Source: Tubiluchus corallicola
Lineage: Eukaryota; Animalia; Priapulida
Direction of reading: 5' to 3'
Assembly (NCBI GenBank): GCA_030141605.1
Contig: JAQGDQ010001114.1
Location: 1-61,797 of the forward strand
DNA: 61,797 bases
In this document: positions 24,803-61,797 of the stretch, piece after piece
Layout of the letters: each line of letters opens with the position of its first letter
How positions within the stretch are numbered: the stretch's first letter is position 1
Made by a program: the position numbers and the translations under genes
The notes under the pieces: generated by a model
What the model saw: the letters and a program-made list of their open reading frames with translations, nothing else
What the model was told of the DNA's origin: nothing
Databases searched by the model: none

Positions 24803-25764
24803 CCTAGTTTCTACATCTACAGTCTACAATTGTCATTTTCGTGAACGCAACTCTCCGCTTTTTGACGCACGGTTCACTTGGCGCACTCGTCATGTTCAGC
24901 CCAGTTGAGTACAAACTGCTTGTTCATACTGTATAGTACCGTGACTTTTGTCATTACGTAGCTTTTACTAGGGAAATGCAAATGCATTCAGTGAAAAAGT
25001 GCAGAACAATTTATTAAATCAGCATATTGCTGAACCACTACTGAATCTATCATGCCGTAAAAATTACAGTGTGAAAGCCTTGTTCGTCTCGACAATCTGC
25101 AATGTTGAGAGGTCTCGAACGGAATACTACACGAGACGAGATAAACTCACGATCACCAACATATCTTAATAGTCGATGTCTCATACGATTCTCTTGAACA
25201 GTGATCAACGGGTGGTCTTTGATGATCATCTTAACCTCCATTATCTTTCAGGATACTTCCGTGTCTGACAATTACTGAAGATGGACAGGGCGTAATTTGT
25301 AATTTATTATTTGAGCTTTTTTTCACATGGTATCTCGTTCCTTATACTTCTGTTTACCGTTTTTCTTTATGCAATAAAATGTTCTGTACTACTGTTGATT
25401 ATTTCTACACATTTAGTTGTGTACTAAAACTTCTACCAGACTGCAAAGTTATTACGACACATTGTACCAACTGTAATTTTTCTCTGCTTAAAAACCTCAG
25501 TTAGCTCTAATATTCCTGCATTAGAACCCCAATTTTTGAATTTTGTTGCTCATGCATAAACTTGCACCAGACAGCAGAAACTCAGAACAGCAAATATAAC
25601 CACAGTAATTATTGAAGTAGAAATGCAGTACACAGACCTAAGACTTTTTAATGCAACTCTGCAGACTAGTGTAAACTACAAGCATTCAACACTCAAGTAT
25701 TCGAGTGTCAGAAATTGTCAGAGATGAGGCAATACTCAAGTATTTGAGACTTGACACCAATGGG

Positions 25765-25820
25765 AAAAGACAAAAAATACAAAGAAACTCAATATGAAAT
25801 TTATAACATAATAATTTATT
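25765..25820 (-). terminator. Candidate polyadenylation signal of IGF2BP (AATAAA at 25815-25820 plus downstream U/GU-rich element)
   Basis: Minus strand reads AATAAA then TTTCTTTGTATTTTTTGTCTTTT about 25-50 nt downstream. Other AATAAA hexamers occur near 26340 and 26371. Confidence 0.5.
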
Positions 25821-28800
25821 TTCATGGTAGAAAATGGGAGATGGTTATTTGCCTTGCAGCACACGCAACATATGCATATAGACCATTACACAATACTACG
25901 AAATGCGCTGGCCTAGATGTGGTCGCAAAAAGTATTTGCCACAATGTAATAGTTGTGTTGCTAAAACTGGAGCAAGTTTTCATTCATCCATGCCTACCAC
26001 TGCGTGAGGTTAAAAGAACCTGAGTACATCTGCTAGTAACTCTCTGGTAGGAAAGAACTTCCTACAGCTGAGGTAACTGATTGTTGGACCGCCATTCGTG
26101 AATGACGTCACACAGGTAGAGAAGTAGTGCCTCACTGTTTTAATAAAGATACATGCAAAATGGGACAATTAAACACTGAAATAAGTAAAACTAATCGTAA
26201 TGAAGAGTTACGATTACATCTAGCAAGTTAACCAGTATAATGAAAAAAAATTAACAGCAAGCATTGTGATGTAGTCATGTCGCTTGTGGGAGAAGTGCAT
26301 AGTACCTCTTTGAATACTAAACGTTAATTGTTATCCCTATTTATTCTCATAACACAATCGAGTCGACTTCTTTATTCCTGAATGAGATTTTGTTTACGAA
26401 TACAAGAAAGTAAACTACACAATGAATGCCCACAAGAGTCATGATACAACACAGAACTTGGCAGTTAAAGTGCGCCACCACACACCGCTATTAAGTACTA
26501 AACTAACTAACACTGAGGTTTGGTACAGCTTCACAAGGCAGTAATCAGTAGGCGCGTGTTCAAGTAGCATCTTTCTAGCCTAGTTATCTGATCTAGACAA
26601 CGTTAAGTGAAAAAGCATGGTGCCTTGTGGATGCGTACAAACAACTCAGTAATGGATTTACTACTGAAAACTTACATTTACATCAAGAGAAATGTGCTTC
26701 AATGTAGCCTCCGCTGTACAGTTTACATACATGTGAATAATCGGTTACAAACAGCTGCACAAACACTATAATTAGTCCAACACTCTTCCTTAAACATTAC
26801 TTTCTGCAATTGACTTACATAGAATCATTGCACATGCAGTAAATTGCACAGCAGAGATTAAAATTATTAAGCAAATTATGGGTTTGACCAAGATCGAGTT
26901 CACACTAAAACACGTGTAACAAATTTTATGCAAACTGTCAACTAAATGGTTGTCAACTGACAAAAGCAAGAAAAACGAGGCAATAACATTATTGTTTTCA
27001 TAATAGCTACTGTACAACGAGCGAGTTTGATCTTCAATACATTTGTTTGTATTACAATAGTACAGTGTATACGATGTCATATGCAACTGTAACACATTAA
27101 CAAGTGCTGAATATTTAAGGTGTTCAATTAAATAAACTACATAGAAAACGAGAATTTTTCGCAACGTATTTTTATGCAATCAGAGCACAATGGTATTTTG
27201 CAATTATCCTGCTATGCAAGAAGAAATAAAGTTGATTAACACGTACTTTGCAGGGTGAAATTTATACTAGAGAAACTGACAATGCTAAAGTTTAACTAAT
27301 ATCTGCTGAACAGTAACCATTAGTAACAGCAACTCCAGAGGCAGAGACGCTGCAGCAAAAGTGACTGTTATGGTAATGTAAACAAATATGGAAAAGTAAA
27401 GCTTGGAATAGCAAGAAATAATCAACCGTTAAACCGAAAATAATTAAACAGAACAATGAGGTAGAACTCAACATCAATATCAAACCCATAGAGTCAGCTA
27501 ATCTTCCTTAAGTTAGAAGTTTTGCACACTGAGTGTGCTGATCAATTATGATGTACAGACACACTCTTCACCTTCGCAGACGTGCGCGCAGACGACAGCA
27601 GAGATGTAGAGTGTGTGTGTGCAATGCCATATATATCATGCCCATGGGCACTCATAGATTGCTGGAACAGATCCAGTGTGCAACGAGGAACACGATTGGG
27701 CCCGAATATCGATCTATTGTCTTTGTGTAGTAAGGCTGTGTAGAACCAGTTAATGATGCAAGGAAAGGGACCAATCGTGTTAACTCGGAGCACGACAACG
27801 ATGATAGCTCGATGCCGCAGCGGTGTGATAGCTCAGCATAGTATTGTTTTGCAATTCTAACGACGCCGCGAAGCAGCGGTGCACCAACACCGCAACAGTA
27901 CGGCACCGCTAAAACTGCACAAAGGTGTATTCTTGGTGTATTAAATAAACACTTCAGTCAACAGGGCAGTTGCATTATAATCTAAGCAAACTGTTATCAC
28001 TCATGCGTTTGTTGATTGTGCTACATGTCATTTTAACTCTTTGTCAAACGTGCCCGTTGTTGAGGTACAAATCACTTCATTTACGACAAACATGATCAAA
28101 AAAGCAGAAAGGCATCAAATTTAACCCCACTAGGTCAAGCAGTGATAAAAAAACAGCAGCCTGTCAAAATTCAAATCAACAATGGATAACTGTTGCGCCG
28201 GTCATGAGGAAATAAACGTACGGTCAGACGGTCAGACTCACAATCAATTTATACTCCTCAATAAATAATGTAAAAAATTCTCACAACAGTATCAAAAATA
28301 AATTTTCACGTTTTTACAATTGGGAACAGAAAATATTGTTCCCCAAAATCCTTCATAATTAATACTAACATAATATCAACAGCTGCTACAGAATACGAAA
28401 ACCCTTTTAAAAAGGGCACTCCAAATTCCGTTTGTTAACATATTGACGTCCGGTTTTTGATGCCTTGGTGCAAGTGATACAAACCATGTAGTCACTGGAT
28501 TGCTCGCACAACTTAACTTGCTGCGTAATGTCTCGCCAATATTCAAACTCATTCTACATTTAAACTCTTAACTATGACAAATGCTTTAATTAGTTTGTGC
28601 ACTTACGCGAGCATTTACGCGAGCATTTGCAGTAAGTGAAGTGTGCCAGAGATGAGAGGCAATACAAGCACGAAAGAGTGAAATTAATTCGCACACCTAA
28701 TCTAAAATTCATCAGCTAATAACCTCTAAGATTTGCCTGCTATGCATCATGATTTAACCATACAAGCAAAATCGAAAAACGTCAAAAACTAAACTATTTT

Positions 28801-29155
28801 AAAATTAAGAAATTATCCAAAATTTCAAGACAGCCAANNNNNNNNNNNNNNNNNNNNNNNNNNNNNNNNNNNNNNNNNNNNNNNNNNNNNNNNNNNNNNN
28901 NNNNNNNNNNNNNNNNNNNNNNNNNNNNNNNNNNNNNNNNNNNNNNNNNNNNNNNNNNNNNNNNNNNNNNNNNNNNNNNNNNNNNNNNNNNNNNNNNNNN
29001 NNNNNNNNNNNNNNNNNNNNNNNNNNNNNNNNNNNNNNNNNNNNNNNNNNNNNNNNNNNNNNNNNNNNNNNNNNNNNNNNNNNNNNNNNNNNNNNNNNNN
29101 NNNNNNNNNNNNNNNNNNTCTTTGGTTTTACACAGCCGGAGTGGAGGTAGAAATC
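25795..29155 (-). other. Putative long 3'UTR of IGF2BP (~3.3 kb, contains an assembly gap)
   Basis: Repeat-poor stretch after the stop codon with several let-7 seed matches, ending at AATAAA followed by a U/GU-rich tract. The extent is inferred. Confidence 0.55.
28838..29118. other. Assembly gap (281 N)
   Basis: Run of N. Confidence 0.99.
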
Positions 29156-60656
<31,501 letters not shown>

Positions 60657-60789
60657 AATAAGCAGCGGATTTGCAATACTATGAAAATATCAATTCAGGA
60701 AGAATTAATAACGATTATTCTCGAGTACAATGAAAGCAATAAAATTCACTCATCCCTTTCAAGTGCGTGAACCTTGCCTGACACCAGCA

Positions 60790-60826
60790 CACGTGGTGGC
60801 CTTTCTTTGCCGCCACGAACCACGTG
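60790..60826. promoter_or_regulatory. Pair of CACGTG E-boxes 134-170 nt upstream of the IGF2BP ATG
   Basis: CACGTG at 60790-60795 and 60821-60826 in a locally GC-rich patch. Confidence 0.35.
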
Positions 60827-61797
60827 ACCACACCAAGCCACAATGCTGCTCTTAAACTCGAGGACCACAGATGTGAAAAGTTAAGTTTATTTTCCCTGTC
60901 AAGTCACAAGTGCCAAACTGCCAACTAATGTATTAAATTGGCGCTACCCATAAAAATTGCAAGAAAACGTTTTTAGGCGATTTCTAGTAGTATTTGGTCC
61001 AGCGAATAAAATATCCATATTAGGCTAAAATTTGAGCTCTGCAAAGGGACTAATTATGACGTCAAAAAGATGGTCGCCATTTGACAAAATGAATGAATGG
61101 ATATTTAGCTTACATAAACAGTGTAAAAATGCTCATTTTGATTAAAAAGCTTGGAGCTTTGGACAGTGCTAGAGCTCATTAAGGTGATTATTTCTGACTA
61201 TGGTGCGACAGTACATTGTGACCGTATGTGCGTGTTAGTTCAGAAAACAAGTAGACTTTGTTCACAATTCCTGAAAGATATGGCCCTTATGAACTGGCTA
61301 CAGCCATCTTGTCGGCCATCTTGAATGCTGAAAAAATGTACAAAGCATTGCAAGAATAGTTAAAATACTCAGCTGCAAGACTAACAGACAAAGGACAAAC
61401 AAACACACAAGACTATACAATATACATTGTGCTTATAAGCTTACTTATATAGCTGCATTAGTTGTTTGACGATAAAAAAGTTGTTTGAGGATAGAGTTTT
61501 TAGAAGTTTTTATATTAGAAAACATACTCAGTAACAGATAATGCTTGCCTAATTGCCATCAGCTGCTTTTCATGGCTTTGATACTATTTTGAACAACTAC
61601 ATGCAAATAAATACATGACTTATGAACTGCTGCTGTACACGTTCCAGGTTTGCAAAAAAGTCAAGTCACTTGTTGTCATTTAGAAATACTTTAATGTTTG
61701 CTAATTGTCGCAAGGAAGGTATCAATGAAATCACCTCTTCTGTATGATATTAGTTACTAATCATCAACTTGAAATTTCTTTTACATTTCAAACGTTT

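Noticed and set aside
25050-25241. 63-aa minus-strand ORF between the two genes
   Set aside because: No recognisable homology or splice context, and its length is within chance expectation.

Overview
AT-rich genomic DNA from an invertebrate animal, probably a protostome (the 5S-derived sequence looks lophotrochozoan-like, tentative). It holds two intron-rich genes in tandem on the minus strand. (1) A complete IGF2BP/Imp RNA-binding protein gene: 14 coding exons from 60656 to 29156, 590 aa, 2 RRM + 4 KH domains, followed by a probable ~3.3 kb 3'UTR with clustered let-7 seed matches. (2) DGAT1 (MBOAT family): 14 exons from 24802 to 1343, 412 aa in the window, with the last exon(s) beyond position 1. 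All exons were traced by hand through GT-AG sites with consistent phases. Introns are filled with unrelated minisatellite arrays, MITEs, LINE fragments and SINEs. The most notable observations are a 5S rRNA-headed, RTE-tailed SINE candidate; an inverted pair of minimal hammerhead-ribozyme motifs; two frameshifted, stop-containing pseudo-exon copies of the KH3 exon with intact splice dinucleotides; an inverted LINE pair bracketing a 45-nt DGAT1 exon; and a satellite carrying a CTCF-like motif in each unit. No searches were run, so family assignments come from recalled motifs and repeat boundaries are approximate.
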